A stretch of DNA of 64,000 nucleotides, from the NCBI GenBank assembly GCA_038087875.1, contig CM075989.1, positions 23,686,001 through 23,750,000 of the forward strand, given 5' to 3'. The translations under genes and the position numbers were made by a program. How positions within the stretch are numbered: position 1 is the first letter of the stretch; every line of letters starts with the position of its first letter. The stretch comes from Malacoraja senta (Eukaryota). The notes under the pieces were generated by a model that saw only the letters and a list, made by a program, of their open reading frames with translations, was not told the origin of the DNA and searched no databases. Positions 13,035 to 25,560 of the stretch are shown piece after piece.

Positions 13035-14639
13035 TGGCAATATCTGACGTGTTCCTTTGATCAAATGAGCCCTACAGGAGATAAACCAAGCCTGTACGGT
13101 AAACCATTTGATCATGAAGTTGAATTCAAGTTGGATCCAGACTTCAGGAAGTAAAGAAACCAAATCAAATCAGAAGGTAGAAACAAGGAACTGCAGATGC
13201 TGGTTTTCCAAGAAAAGACACAAAATGCTGGAGTAATTCATCAGGTCATGCAGTATCCCTGGAGAGCATAGATTGGTAACGTTTCGGGTTGGGGGTCCCA
13301 ACCTGAAACTTCACATGACCGTACTCTCCTGGGATGCTGCCCGACCTGCTGAATTACTCCAGCATTTTGTGTCTTCCCAAATCAGATCATATCTGACAAA
13401 CACCTTCTTAAGTTCAGAAATAAGCAATCCAAAAGTTAATTCCACCTGTAAGGGTGTTGAGAAAGCTCCAAATACTGATTAGTACGCTGTGCATTAAATA
13501 GGTTTATTAATATGTTACTGTTGAAAACGTCAAAAGTGTTTAGACAAAAATACATCTCTCATAGCAATGAATTCCACAAGTTCACCACCCACTGAGTGAA
13601 AGATTTCACCCCACCCCAGCTCTTTCTTGCACGGTAATCCAATACCATGTCGCCTTGTTTTGGTCACGCTCGCTAGGAAGGCACGATTCACTCGCACACT
13701 GATTCATGCTAGACTGAAGTTTCTAAGTTGCAATTAGTTCACCATTCATTCTTCTCAGCTCTCGTGACAAAAAACCTAGTTAAATCTCCCCATAGAAGCA
13801 TCCCCACCGCCTTAGGAACTAGACTGGTGAAAGTTTACTTCCAATACCACCTGCTACAATTTTGCACAAGAAACTCTGATGTGAGATTTTATCAAAAGCT
13901 TTCTGTAAAAACAAGTCCACTGATTCCCCTTTTATCTAATGTACTAATCACATCATCAAAAAGACTCACGTAGGTTTGTCAAACACAATTTCTCTTTTCA
14001 TAAATCCCTATTAACTTTGTCTTATCCTATTGATACTTTCTAAGTGTTATCAATGCTTTACCATAAATTCTAGCGTTCTTCCTGTTTCACAAGTTGACAA
14101 GTTATAGAAGGAGAATTAGGCCATTCGACCCACCGAGTTCTCCGCCATTCAATCATGGCCGATCTCTGCCTCCAAATCCCATTTTCCTGCCTTCTCCCAT
14201 AACCCTTGACACCCATACTATTCAAGAATTTGTCTATCTCTGCTCTCTGTGGCAATGAGAACCACTGATTCACCCCCCTCTGACTAAAGAGGTTCCTCCT
14301 CACCTCCTTTCTAAAAGAGCGCCCTTTAATTCTGAGGCTATGAACTGTCCCACCAGTGGAAACATCCTTTCCACATCCACTCTATGTGTGGCTTTCATTA
14401 TTCTGTAAGTTTCAAGGAGGTCCCCCCTCAACTTTCTGATGATAGGTCAACTGGCCTGCAGCCTCTTATGTCCCCCCCCCCCATTTTCCTTTTGTTGTGA
14501 ATAGTGGGGTTAAAGCACGTGGTATTGTGGGGTAAAGGCTGACTCAACTGATCCATAGGATAGCGGCAATGTTTATGAAGGAGAAATGAAATGAATGAGG
14601 TTACATTTGCCACACTACAATCTCAGGATCTATAGGTTG

Positions 14640-14945
14640 ACACGGTGACGCAGCGGTAGAGTTGCTGCCTTACGGCGCCAGAGACCCAGGTTCAATCCTG
14701 ACTACGGGTGCTGTCTGTACGGAGTTTGTACGTTCTCCCCGTGACCTGCGTGGGTTTTCCCTGTGATCTTCGGTTTCCGCCCACACTCCAAAGACGTACA
14801 GTTTTGTAGGTTAATTGGCTTGGAATAAATGCAAATTTGTCCCTCGTGTGCGTAGGGTAGTGCTAATGTACGGGGATCGCTGGTCGGCGCGGAGACTGCG
14901 GGCCAAAGTGACTGTTTCCACGCTGTATCTCTAAACTAAACTAAA
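14640..14945 (+). mobile_element. HE1-type tRNA-derived V-SINE (representative full-length copy)
   Basis: A-box-like ggtgacgcagcggtag, B-box ggttcaatcc, V-domain ggagtttgtacgttctccccgtgacctgcgtgggtttt...ccacactccaaagac, CR1-like tail and (ctaaa)n. Confidence 0.88.
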
Positions 14946-15321
14946 GAAAGCTGGGAAATGATAACCAATGCATCCACTATTTCCATGGATACCTCCTCTG
15001 CCAACCTAAGGGTTACTTGTAACTTGAGGGTTACTGGGCTCTGGGCATTGATCGTCTTTTCTCAGTACAGTTACTTTTTCCATGACTTTGTTTTTATTCG
15101 TTTGTAGTTTTTCAACGTCATTAGATTCTTCGTTCCATAACATTTCTGAACGGTTACTCCAGCCCTTTTCCATATTCGCCTTCCTCGTGCTGTTCAAATG
15201 TTTCTAAAGTAACCAAGGTTGTTTTTCATTGGGGAAAAGGTCAGGTCATAATATCCTCTCACTGTTATGGCTGCAGTCTCTACAAAGTCCTCCAAATTCA
15301 CTGGAAGAATAAACAACCCAA

Positions 15322-15620
15322 GGGGGCGCAGCGGTAGAGTTGCTGCCTCACAGCGCCAGAGACGTGGGTTCGATCCTGACTACGGGTGTTATCTGTACGA
15401 AGTTTGCACGTTCTCCCCATGACCACGTGGGTTTTCTCTGGGAGCTCCGGTTTCCGCCCACTCTCCAAAAACATGCAGGTTTGTAGGTTAATTGGCTTTG
15501 GTAAAATTGTAAATTGTCCCTAGCATGTAGGATAGTGTTAGTGTATGGGGCTTCGCTGGTCGGCACGGACTTGATGGACTGAGGGGCATGTTTCCGCGCT
15601 GTATCTCTAAAGTCTAAAGC
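15322..15620 (+). mobile_element. HE1-type SINE
   Basis: gcgcagcggtagag...ggttcgatcc...tctctaaagtctaaa. Confidence 0.85.
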
Positions 15621-16759
15621 ACCAGGGAACGCCTGTAGAAACAGTGGAAGGAGCAGACTACACCACAAAGTATTCACCCATGCACTCACCCCCATCAGTC
15701 ACCACCTGCCTCAACATTTACCTCTTTAGTCACCACATTGGCTTTAGGCTTTAAATATACAGAGTGGAAACAGGCCCTGTCGACCCACCAGGTCCACGCT
15801 GACCAGCGATCCCTGTACACTAACACTATCCTACAACGCGCCACAATGCTGGGAAGTATATTCTGCACTCTGTGTCTTCCCCTTTGCTATCGCACTTGAG
15901 TTTGAACTGATTATATCTATGTTGGCTATGTCTCATAAGATCATAAGGGATAGGAGCAGAAATATGCCATTCGGCCCATCCAGTCTACTCCACCATTCAA
16001 CCATGGCTGATCTATCTCTCCCTCCTAACCCCATGTTTAGATCGCATGCAAAACAAAGGTTTTAATTTTACCTCTGCACAATAATAAACCCAAATCTAAA
16101 CTCCACAAAACCATGGTGAAAGCAAGTCATCATTGATGTCAAAAGACTGCTTAAGATGATTTAATCCAGCACGTTTAACACCGTCAATAACAATGGTTTT
16201 GTAAAGTGTTTCAGATGCTGAAGTTGCTGTTGGTCATTAATTTTGTATAACTTTTTGCAAACAACTGAGTGCATTTTATTACTCACTGCATGTGTCGACC
16301 TATCTGGAATGGCAGTGTAATGACCATCTGCGGTAATAGCCCTGCCTGTTCCCTTCATATGCCGAGGTTTCTCACCTCACCACTCATAAGGACCACAATT
16401 GATTGGTCTTAATGAGCTGGTCTTACACTTCAGGTTATGGGCTTGGAGGCTCTTCAAAGCTTTCTCCAAAATAGACAAATGACTGGCACAATATCACAGC
16501 TGCTAACAGGCAAAATAACTGGAGGATAAGTTTTTGATGCATTGAGAGACATTGGGAAAACATATCATCTTACCTGGTATCGGTATGGGTTTATTAATGT
16601 CATGTGTACCGAGAAACAATGCAATTCTTTATTTTGCCTGATTATACCATACAGGAGTGGTGCAAAAAGAGAAAGAGATCAGGGACCAAAAGCTTTTCAC
16701 TGTACCTTGGAACACGTGACAATAAACTAAACTGAGGGTGCAGTTTTGGTTAGAGATAT

Positions 16760-17285
16760 TAGGCTATTCGGCCCATCAAGTCTACTCCACCATTCAATCA
16801 TGGCTGATCTATCTCTCCCTCCTAATCCCATTCTCCTGCCTTCTCCCCATAACCTCTGACACCCGTTCTAATCAGCATCTATCTATCTCTGCCTTAAAAA
16901 TATCAATTGATGGCCTCCACAGCTTTCTGTGGCAAAGAATTCAATAGATTCACTGCCCCCTGGCTAAGAAAAATCCTCTTCATCTCCTTCCTAAAGGAAC
17001 GGCCTTTAATTCTGAGGGTATTACGTCTAGTCCTAGACTCTCCCACTATTAGAAACATCCTCTCCACATCCACTCTATCCAAGCCTTTCACTATTCGATA
17101 AGTTTCAATGAGGTTCCCCCTCGTCCTTCTAAACTCCAGCGAGTACAGGCCCAGTGCCATCAAAAGCTCAACATATTCTAACCCACTCATTCCTGGGATC
17201 TTGTTTGTAAACCTCCTCTGGACCCTTCTTCAGAGCCAATACATCCTTCCTCAGATATGGGGCCCAGAATAGCTCACAATAGATA
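16760..17285 (-). mobile_element. CR1 LINE 3' fragment
   Basis: ORF 16903..17190 LGLYSLEFRR.RGNLIETYRI plus 3' UTR. Confidence 0.85.
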
Positions 17286-17635
17286 CGGTGCCCAAAATAC
17301 AGTGTGGAAATAAGCCCTTCAGCCCACCGAGTCCACACCGACCATCGATCACCCGTACACCAGTTCTATGCTATATCAGTTTCGCATCCTACACACTAGG
17401 GACAATTTACAAAAGACAATTAACCTGCACGTCTTTGGAGTGTGGGCGGAAACCGAAGAACGCGGAGAAAACCCACACAGTCACAGGGAGAACGCACAAA
17501 CTCTATACAGACAACTCCGAAGACATGATCGAACCTAGGTCTCTGGCGCTGTGAGGCAGGAACTCTACCGCTGTGATAACCGTGCCATGCTTCGACCACG
17601 TCCCCTGCACCTACCATCTGTGTGGAAGGTGACTT

Positions 17636-18005
17636 GAAGGAACTGCAGGTGCTGGTTTAAACCAAAGATAGACACAAAAAGCTGGAGTAACTCAGCGGGA
17701 CAGGCAGCATCTCTGGAGAGAAGGAATAGGTGACATTTCGGGTTGAGACCCTTGTTCAGACTGGTTAGGGATAAGGGAAATGAGAGATATAGACGGTGAT
17801 GTAGAGAGATAAAGAACAATGATTGAAAGATACGCAAAAAAGTAACGATGATAATGGAAATAGGCCATTGTAAACTGTTTGTTGGGTGAAAACGAGAAGC
17901 TACTGCGATGGGTGGGGGAGGGATAGAGAGAGGGGGAATGCTGGGGCTACCTGAAGTGAGAGAAATCAATCTTCATACCACTGGGCTGCAAGCTGCCCAA
18001 GCGAC
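17636..18005 (-). mobile_element. Penelope-like element 3' fragment
   Basis: Minus strand RLGSLQPSGMKIDFSHFR* followed by full 3' UTR and terminal repeat. Confidence 0.82.
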
Positions 18006-18209
18006 ATATCTGTGTAATATCTACCATCTGTGTAAGACAGCTTGCTTCATAGATCTCTTTTAAATCTTCCTCCTCTCTCCTTAAACCTATGCTGTCTAGT
18101 ATTTGACATTTCATCCTGGGAAATAGACCCTGAATATCTACCCTATCTATTAGTCATAGTTGTACAACATGGACACAGGCCCTTCAGGCCAACCTGCCAG
18201 TGCCGACCA

Positions 18210-18515
18210 AGGGCAGCACCGTGACACAGCGGTAGAGTTGCAGCCTCACAGCACCAAAGACTCGGGTTGGATCCTGACTACGGGTTTGTACGTCTGTACG
18301 GGGTTTGTACGTTCTCCCCGTGACTGCGTGGGTTTTCTCCGGGTGCTCCGGTTTACTCCCACACTCCAAAGACATGCCTGTTTGTAACTTAATTGGCTTC
18401 TGTAAATTGCAAATTGTCCCTAGTGTGTGTGATGTTGTGTGACAGGTGATCGCTGGTCGGCGTGGACTCGGTGGGCCGAAGAGGCTGTTACGCATTTTAT
18501 CGCTAAAGTCTAAAA
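18210..18515 (+). mobile_element. HE1-type SINE
   Basis: Head, V-domain and tail all present. Confidence 0.82.
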
Positions 18516-18554
18516 GTACATCAACTGAACTCGTGCCACTTGTCTGGCCCACCC

Positions 18555-18815
18555 CAGCTGTTATCAGGCAACTGAACTATCCTCCCTCAACCAGAGAGCA
18601 ATCCTGAACTACCATCTACCTCATCGGGTACCCGTGAACTATCTTTGATTGGACTTTACTGGCTTTACCTTGCACTAAACCTTATTCCCTCATGATGTGT
18701 CTGTACACTGTGAATAGATCGATTGTAATCCTGTATTGTCTTTCCGCTGACTGGATAGCGCGCAACAAAAGCTGTTCGCCGTACCTCGGTACACGTGACA
18801 ATAAACTAAACTGAA
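18555..18815 (+). mobile_element. Rex1/Babar 3' UTR fragment ending ~60 bp from the basonuclin exon donor
   Basis: cccagctgttatcaggcaactg ... ggtacacgtgacaataaactaaactg matches the 3' ends at 6430-6686 and 50180-50430. Confidence 0.8.
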
Positions 18816-18877
18816 TTGAACTGATATCTCTCCAAACGTTTCCTATTGCAATCTGTCAGATGCCAGCGTGGTGTTAC

Positions 18878-19113
18878 CTGTAGAATGTAACCACGGATGT
18901 AGTCTTGCATAGTCCACCCCAGTGAGTGCAAGATCTGTAGAACTTCGTCTTGCTTGAGAACACTGAACAGTCGGTCCAGCAGGATTTTGAGACGAATTGG
19001 AATGGCCTGGGTTCCATACAGCATTAGACTACTAATGTCAAACACAACATTTGATTGGACTATCTCAACCTGGCTTTGCTGATACAGATGATTCACTCGT
19101 AGTTTATCCAAGG
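18878..19113 (-). CDS. BNC1: Basonuclin coding exon (236 bp), (A)[78 protein letters not shown]
   Basis: Core of ORF 18806..19138. Acceptor (C)12tgcag|CC, donor CAG|gtaac. [38 protein letters not shown] is the conserved basonuclin block. 103+236 = 339 nt = 113 codons in frame. QDEVLQ and QDYIRG resemble BNC1 more than BNC2. Confidence 0.95.
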
Positions 19114-19464
19114 CTGCAGGGGGGGGGGGGAAACACAAACATTTTATGAAACAACAGAAAACCTAGAAAAAGTCTCTGATTTTGACAAGTGCAACCTTAT
19201 CTTACAGTAAGATGCAATAAATTGTTTGATCAGGAAAAAATTGCCCTTCTGCCTTTCTCTTGGCAACCATATCTGTCTGTTAAAGACTTTTGAATTATGT
19301 TTGTAGTTGCCAAGCCTATTGAAGAACAAAGCTCACATTAAAAAAACTTTAATGGAAGGAAACTCAATCCTTACTTTACGTGGTAGATCTGAGAAGTTCA
19401 ATTTTCTTCGTGCTTCGTTCAATTATTCAATCTAAATGGCATTAGCCTCATGCACACCCTTTTT

Positions 19465-19750
19465 TAGTTTAGTTTAGTCGAGAGATACAGCACGGAACCA
19501 GGCTCTTCAGCCCACCGAGTCCAAGCCGACTGGTGATCACCTTGTACACTAGATAAAATTTACAATTTCCAAAAGCCAATTACCCCACAAACCTACACGT
19601 CTTTGGAGTGTGGGAGGAAACCGGAGCACCCGGAGAAAACCCACGCTGTCACAGGATGAACCTAAAAACTCCATATAGCCAGCACCCATAGTCAGGATTG
19701 AACCTGGGATTCTGGCATGGTCAGGCAGTAACTAGCGCTGTGCCACCGTG
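19465..19750 (-). mobile_element. HE1-type SINE between the two basonuclin exons
   Basis: (tttag)n tail and reverse-complement V-domain. Confidence 0.82.
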
Positions 19751-20214
19751 CAGCCCTCTTTCTTGGCTTTTTGAGCTCCTTCCATCAGCATTAGCAGAAG
19801 GTCATAAGACCCTCTGCAGATTCTCAGTTCCAACTTCAAAAGACTCATCCAATTTAGACACCAAAGAATTGCCCCGAAGCCCACCAACATAGACACCCAT
19901 GAACAGACTCTGTTTTTAATCAAGTAGGATTGGATTGATGAGAACAAACACAAGATTCATGAGCTAATCAACTTCAAACACGATGTTTTCCTGGATTAGA
20001 AACTCCATCACGTCTCACGGGGAAAAAAACAACTTTACAGGCAAGCAAAAACCAAACTCCAGCACTAAACCGATGTTTTTGTGCCCACCATAAGCTCAGC
20101 GACCCGCTGATACCCATGACATGCAAAGGTTCTTAAGGGCTGCCAAGGTTATCTAAGGTTGGAACACCCCTAGTCCCACCACAGAACAAAGAGTGGAGGT
20201 GAACTTATCATGGA

Positions 20215-20590
20215 CAGAGACCTGGGTTCGATTCCGACTACGGGCGTTGTCTATGTGGAGTTTGTACATTCTCCCCCTGACCTGCATGGGTTTTCTCCAG
20301 GTGCTCCGGTTTCCTCTCACACTCCAAAGACATACAGGTTTGTAGGTTTAAGAAGGATCTGCAGATGCTGGAAAATCGAAGGTAGACAAAAATGCTGGAG
20401 AAACTCAGCGGGTGAGGCAGTTATGGAGCAAAGTAAATAGGCAACGTTTCGGGCCGAAACCCTTCTTCAGGTTTGTAGGTTAATTGGTTCTGGTAAAAAC
20501 TGTAAATTGTCGCTAGTGTGTAGCATAGTGTTAGTGTGCGGGTGATTGCTGTTTGGCATGGACTCAGTGGGCTGTACCTCTAAATTAAAT
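20215..20590 (+). mobile_element. HE1-type SINE interrupted by a Penelope-derived monomer
   Basis: 14-bp duplication caggtttgtaggtt at 20335-20348 and 20468-20481. Confidence 0.85.
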
Positions 20591-21724
20591 CAAATGTTGA
20601 AGACGTACACATCTGTGACACTGCCCACAACGTGAGTGCCCCTGATCCTAACTCACAGAAGACTAGCAAAACCTAAGTATTCCAGCCAATGAACAATTGA
20701 ATATTATTTTAAGTTACTCAAACACACCTTTAAAAATAATGTCAAAGAACAAATCATACAAATGTAGTACTTTGTACATTGGCAGGAAATATAAGGCCTC
20801 AAAATTACTGTTTCCAGTAAAAGGTTTCTTCTGTTGGAAACTATCCGTAATGTAGCTTTTCTTTCCAACATGCAGTACACACAGAAAGGAATTAAATGCG
20901 TGGATCACCTCCAAAATTAGAGAGGTAAAAAGACTCCAGGAAATCTGAAGTACTGTGGACAATTCTGGTCCACCTGCAATAGGAAAGATATCTTAAATTG
21001 CAAAGAGTGCAAAAAAAGATTTACAAGGATGTTACTGGGATTGGAGGGTTTGAGTTATAAGGAGAGGATGGATGTGCTGGGATTTTTTCCATGGTCTGTA
21101 GAGTTGTGGGATGATCTTATAGAGTTTACAAAATCAGATACGGTGAATGACCACTGTCTTTCCCCCAGGGCAGGGGAGTCTAAAACTTTAAGGGGCCAAT
21201 TCTTTTGCACACACTGTGTATAAACGGAATGAGCTGCCAGAGGAAGTAGTAGAGGCAGGTACAATTATGACACTTGGATAAATACTTGGATGGGAACAGT
21301 TTGGAGGGATATGGGCCAGATGCAGACAAGTGGCACCAGCATGGTTAGGCAACTCAGTTGGCAAGAACGAGTTGGCTAAAGAAATTCCTCCTTACCTCCT
21401 TCCTAAAAGAACGTCCTTTAATTCTAAGGCTATGATCTCTAGTCCTAGACTCTCCCACTAGAGGAAACACCCTCTCCACATCCACTCTATCCAGGCCTTT
21501 CACTATTCTGTACATTTGAATGAGGTCCCCCCTCATTCTTCTAAACTCCAGCTAGTACAGGCCCAGTGCCGTCAAACGCTCATCATATGCTATTTCATTA
21601 TAATATTGGTGCTCAGGGTGTTGCGATAAATACCGTGTGTTGTCAACTGGATAGGAACAATGTTCCACCTTTGTGCGGATCCCATAGATAGCTAAAGGAT
21701 GTCAGCAGCTCCAGTAATGCTTAC

Positions 21725-21827
21725 CATGTACCACCCATCCATGTTTACAATGGTCACATTGACGCACGTTGATCTTCCCTGCTTGAAAGCATTCACAGTT
21801 ACAGTTGACCAGGGTGCAGCGAATAGC
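21725..21827 (-). CDS. BNC1: Basonuclin coding exon (103 bp), Cys/His-rich N-terminal motif [34 protein letters not shown]
   Basis: Not in the ORF track; translated by hand on the minus strand. Acceptor tctctctgtttccag|GCT, donor CAT G|gtaagc. The peptide matches the basonuclin motif as I recall it (AI.CTL.NC.C..F..GKIN.R.CD.CKHGWV.H). The phase-1 end joins the next exon as G+CC = Ala. Family certain, paralog less so. Confidence 0.93.
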
Positions 21828-22315
21828 CTGGAAACAGAGAGAGAGATAGTCATCCACAATGTATGCTAAGCCTCCATCCACATTGCAAGGGTGCCACTAC
21901 TTGTATGTGCAGGAAGGAACCACAGATGCTGGTTTATACTGAAGATAGGCACACAAATGCTGGAGAGACTCTGCGGGTCAGGCAGCATCTTTGGAGAACA
22001 TGGATAGGTGATGCTTCGGTTCTGAAGAAGGGTTCTGACCCAAAACATTGCCTAGTCCTTTTCTCAATAAACCTCTATCTAATTAAGAGCAGCAGGGTGG
22101 TGCAGCGGGTAGAGCTGCTGCCTCACATCACCAGAGACCTGGGTTCGATCCTGACCTGGGGTGCTGTCTGTGTGGAGTTTGCATGTTCTCCCTGCGTTGG
22201 TTTTGTCCGAGTGCTCTAGTTTCCCCCCCACATCCCGCAGGTATGTAGGTTAATCAGACTCTGTAAATTGTCCCTAATGTGTAGGGAGTGGATGAGAAAG
22301 TGGGATAGCGTTGAA

Positions 22316-23290
22316 CGGAGGTGTCAAACTACCGGCCCGCGGGCCGGCAAGGGTCCAATCCGGGCCGCGGGATTATTTGGGATTATCCACCCCCCAGGCC
22401 AGACACCTCACCATAATGAACATTAACAAATCCAAACTGCTCTAAATGACATTATGAAAATCACAACTGCCCAGGAACTGGTCCCTGATGTTGACAGGCT
22501 GGTTAAAACCAGCAGCAAGTGAAAAATGAGTGACACTGTTCGATGCACTGCGGCATGTAAGCAAAATGCATTATGAAATATTGAGTGTCATAATATTGTG
22601 ATTCAAGTCAAGTGAGTTTATTGTCATGTGTCCCTGGTAGGACAATGAAATTCTTGCTTTGCTTGAGCACAACAGAACATAGTAGGCATTGACTACAAGG
22701 CATTCTATAATATATACACAATGGTCAATATACTGATAAAGTGCAAATAACAGTATTGGCTAGTAAAGTTCAGTGTTATGTCCGAGCCAGGTTTAATAGC
22801 CTGATGGTTGTGGGGAATTCATTCATTTTCTGACTATTCTATTATTGTAAATGTGATAATTTCCATAAAAATTAGAGGCTCAAAGGCCTGTCCCACTTGG
22901 CCGTCATTTACCCAACAGGCCGGTAGTGACTGACGAGCGACACCCATCATCAGATCAGGTGCCTTCAAATATGTTATCTGCTCTGCAAGTAGAATTAGTC
23001 AGCGTGTTGACATCATTTGTTAAGTGAAACATTGATAAAATTAGTGTTTGCTGGAAAAATTAATTTACTTTTAAGCTTTCTGAATTACTCCCAACAAACA
23101 CAAAATTGTATTCCATTATAGCAGCTTGAGGGTTTGAACCCAGCTTAAGAATTAGTTTGCAAATTAAAAACAAAAATGGTGTTAGGTATAATTGTTGGTG
23201 GTTATTTATGCGCGTATAACTGATTCGGCCCGCATGTAGTCGCATTTTGTCCAATCCGGCTCGTGATCTAAAATGATTTTGACACCCCTG
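22316..23290 (+). mobile_element. Non-autonomous hAT (Charlie-like) element inserted in an HE1 SINE
   Basis: Termini cggaggtgtcaaa / tttgacacccctg; 8-bp TSD gcgttgaa (22308-22315) / gcgtagaa (23291-23298); remnant MNINKSKL...IMKITTAQELVPDVDRLVK at ~22415-22522 resembles a hAT transposase C-terminus. Confidence 0.8.
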
Positions 23291-24281
23291 GCGTAGAACT
23301 AGTGTGAATAGGTGATTGATGGTCAGCATGGGCTCGGTGGGCCGAAGGGCCCGTTTCGATGCTGTATCTCTAAACTAAACAACTAAATTAATTGAAAAAC
23401 TAAACTAAACTAATTGTTCAGAAACCCCAATGGTTTGCTATCTTCCTCACAATGTCCTGTTTCCCACTCTACCTTTAAATTCACTACCACGGTCCTTTTA
23501 ATCTCAGCAAGTTCACTGAAGAATTTATTATACTTGTATGCATCTTCGTAGAAATTAAATTAAGTGTGTTGGTTTGTTGATAGGAATCAGATCTAATAGT
23601 CCTTAAAATCTGTGTGTAAACAGCTTTTAAGCCTAAAGTGTTGGATTAGCAAGGTTCAATTGTATAAAGACATAGCTAAAGTCCCATTGCACAGAAACTG
23701 GCCAGGATGGATTTATGCAGCAAAACATTTTGGATGCAGCATTTTCTTTGCATGTCCACTGAAGTTTGTACTTTGGCAGAAACACACCACAGTATTCAGT
23801 CCAATTATCTCTCAGCTGCTTGTTGGTAGGATTTAGAGTAAAGGAAACGTATGTAACTTTTGACAATACATTTTAGGAAAATGTTTCATCTTCAAAAAAA
23901 CTTGCCAAAAGAATATTAGAGTAAGCTTAGTATTAGATTTGCAACTTCCTGCGGATGACTTGTAATTATGGAACATGCTTTGACGCTTCAATTATTAATC
24001 AAAAATGACTCAATCTGCAACTTTCTTTCCAACACCGCCTCGTGTTAACTTTCCTGGAATTTCATTTCAAGTTTTAAAACTTCAGAGTTAACCAATGGAC
24101 TGATGGGCTTTTTCTGTGTTATGACTTGTATGTTGAACGCCTGCTCAACAAAGTGAACACACTACAAACAGTTTACTCCAGAATTTGTTTGCTCCTACCT
24201 TCAACTGTCTAAGTTATTCCGTGACCAGTGCTGAACTACTATCTACCTCTTCGGTAACCCTCAGACTATACTTGATCGAAC

Positions 24282-24882
24282 ACGACAGGCTGGTAGTGAC
24301 TGACGCGCGACGGTTGCGAGCGTCATCATGCGTCCGCACAGCCGTCTGGAGCGCATGACATCATTTGAAGATAGTCACAAAATGTAGGAGGAATGGATGA
24401 TGTTTCAGGTCGAAACTCTTCTTCAGTCTGAAGAAGGGTCTCGACCCAAAACGTCACCAATTGCTTCTCTCCAGAGATGATGCCGGTCCTTCTGAGTTAC
24501 TCCAGCATTTTGTGTCTATCTCCAATCATCTTGGCCCCGCTCTGGGAGTAGGAGTGGGGGCGGATCTGGATCCGCAACGGCCGTGAGCCCCAGTCCGAGC
24601 TCGGCGATCGCTTGATGCTTCTGCTGCTGTTGGAGGTTGCGCCGCGCCAGGGTGTCCCACTTGGCCGTCATTTAAGCGACAGGCCGGTGGCGCGCGAAGA
24701 TTTCGTGCAGAACGAAATCCTGGAGCGCTGCGCGATACCGCGCGCAACTCCACACTCCTCCACACTCCTCCACGCCACTCCATGCGCCCGTCCCGTGCTA
24801 CCCACACGCAACCCACACATTACCCACATGCTACCAGGTCGTGTAAATGGCGCGCAAATGACGGCCAAGTGGGACAGGGCCT
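24282..24882. mobile_element. Partial composite Harbinger-type non-autonomous element containing a Penelope-derived segment
   Basis: Right TIR aaatgacggccaagtgggacagggcctt (~24855-24882); internal TIR-like copy at ~24652; matching left TIR fragment at 22883-22942; CpG-rich. Confidence 0.65.
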
Positions 24883-25475
24883 TGAGTCTTACTGTTCCCT
24901 GGCATTTCAGTATTAGACTGAGTGAAGGACTTGACACACAGGGTTGTAAACAAGATAGAAAGCAAAATTTATCCTTTTGGAGTTTTTTTTAACCAATGAT
25001 TGTAATGTGAACTTGTGTGAAGAAGGGTCTCGACCCGAAACATCACCCATTCCTTCTCTCCAGAGATGCTGCCTGTCCTGCTGAGTTACTCCAGCTTTTT
25101 GTGTCTGTCTTCGGTTTAAACATACAGATTATAATGTGAAAGTTGCACATCGATTTACCAATTACCCTTTTCAGACGAAGGGTCTGATTTTAAGTTTCTC
25201 TTCAGCAAAGTGAAGAAAAATTGTGATTCTGTGGAAACCTGATATGAGGGACAAGCAAAATTGACTCAAATGTAGGCTGATTTCTCCATGGGTTAGGCAT
25301 TGTACTGTGGTTTATAAAGAGAAATGGTCTTTAGTTTTTATTGTCATACCAGCAATCGTTTACTTTTGCAACCCATATACAATTTGCTCATTAAATGTCA
25401 AAGTCGTTGAATATGTTTTAACTAAAAAGATTAATTGACCAAGAATTCTTGAGCTCTGGTTTGCTCCAATGCAGT

Positions 25476-25480
<5 letters not shown>

Positions 25481-25543
<63 letters not shown>

Positions 25544-25560
25544 CACACGCACACACACAC
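25481..25560. repeat. (CA)n microsatellite
   Basis: Directly visible. Confidence 0.97.

Noticed and set aside
14640..14712. tRNA gene
   Set aside because: The A/B boxes are the tRNA-derived head of an HE1 SINE continuing into a V-domain and LINE tail; many decayed copies are present.
18806..19138. Single-exon 110-aa ORF as listed in the track
   Set aside because: Only 18878-19113 is basonuclin-like and bounded by AG/GT; the flanking residues are intronic read-through.
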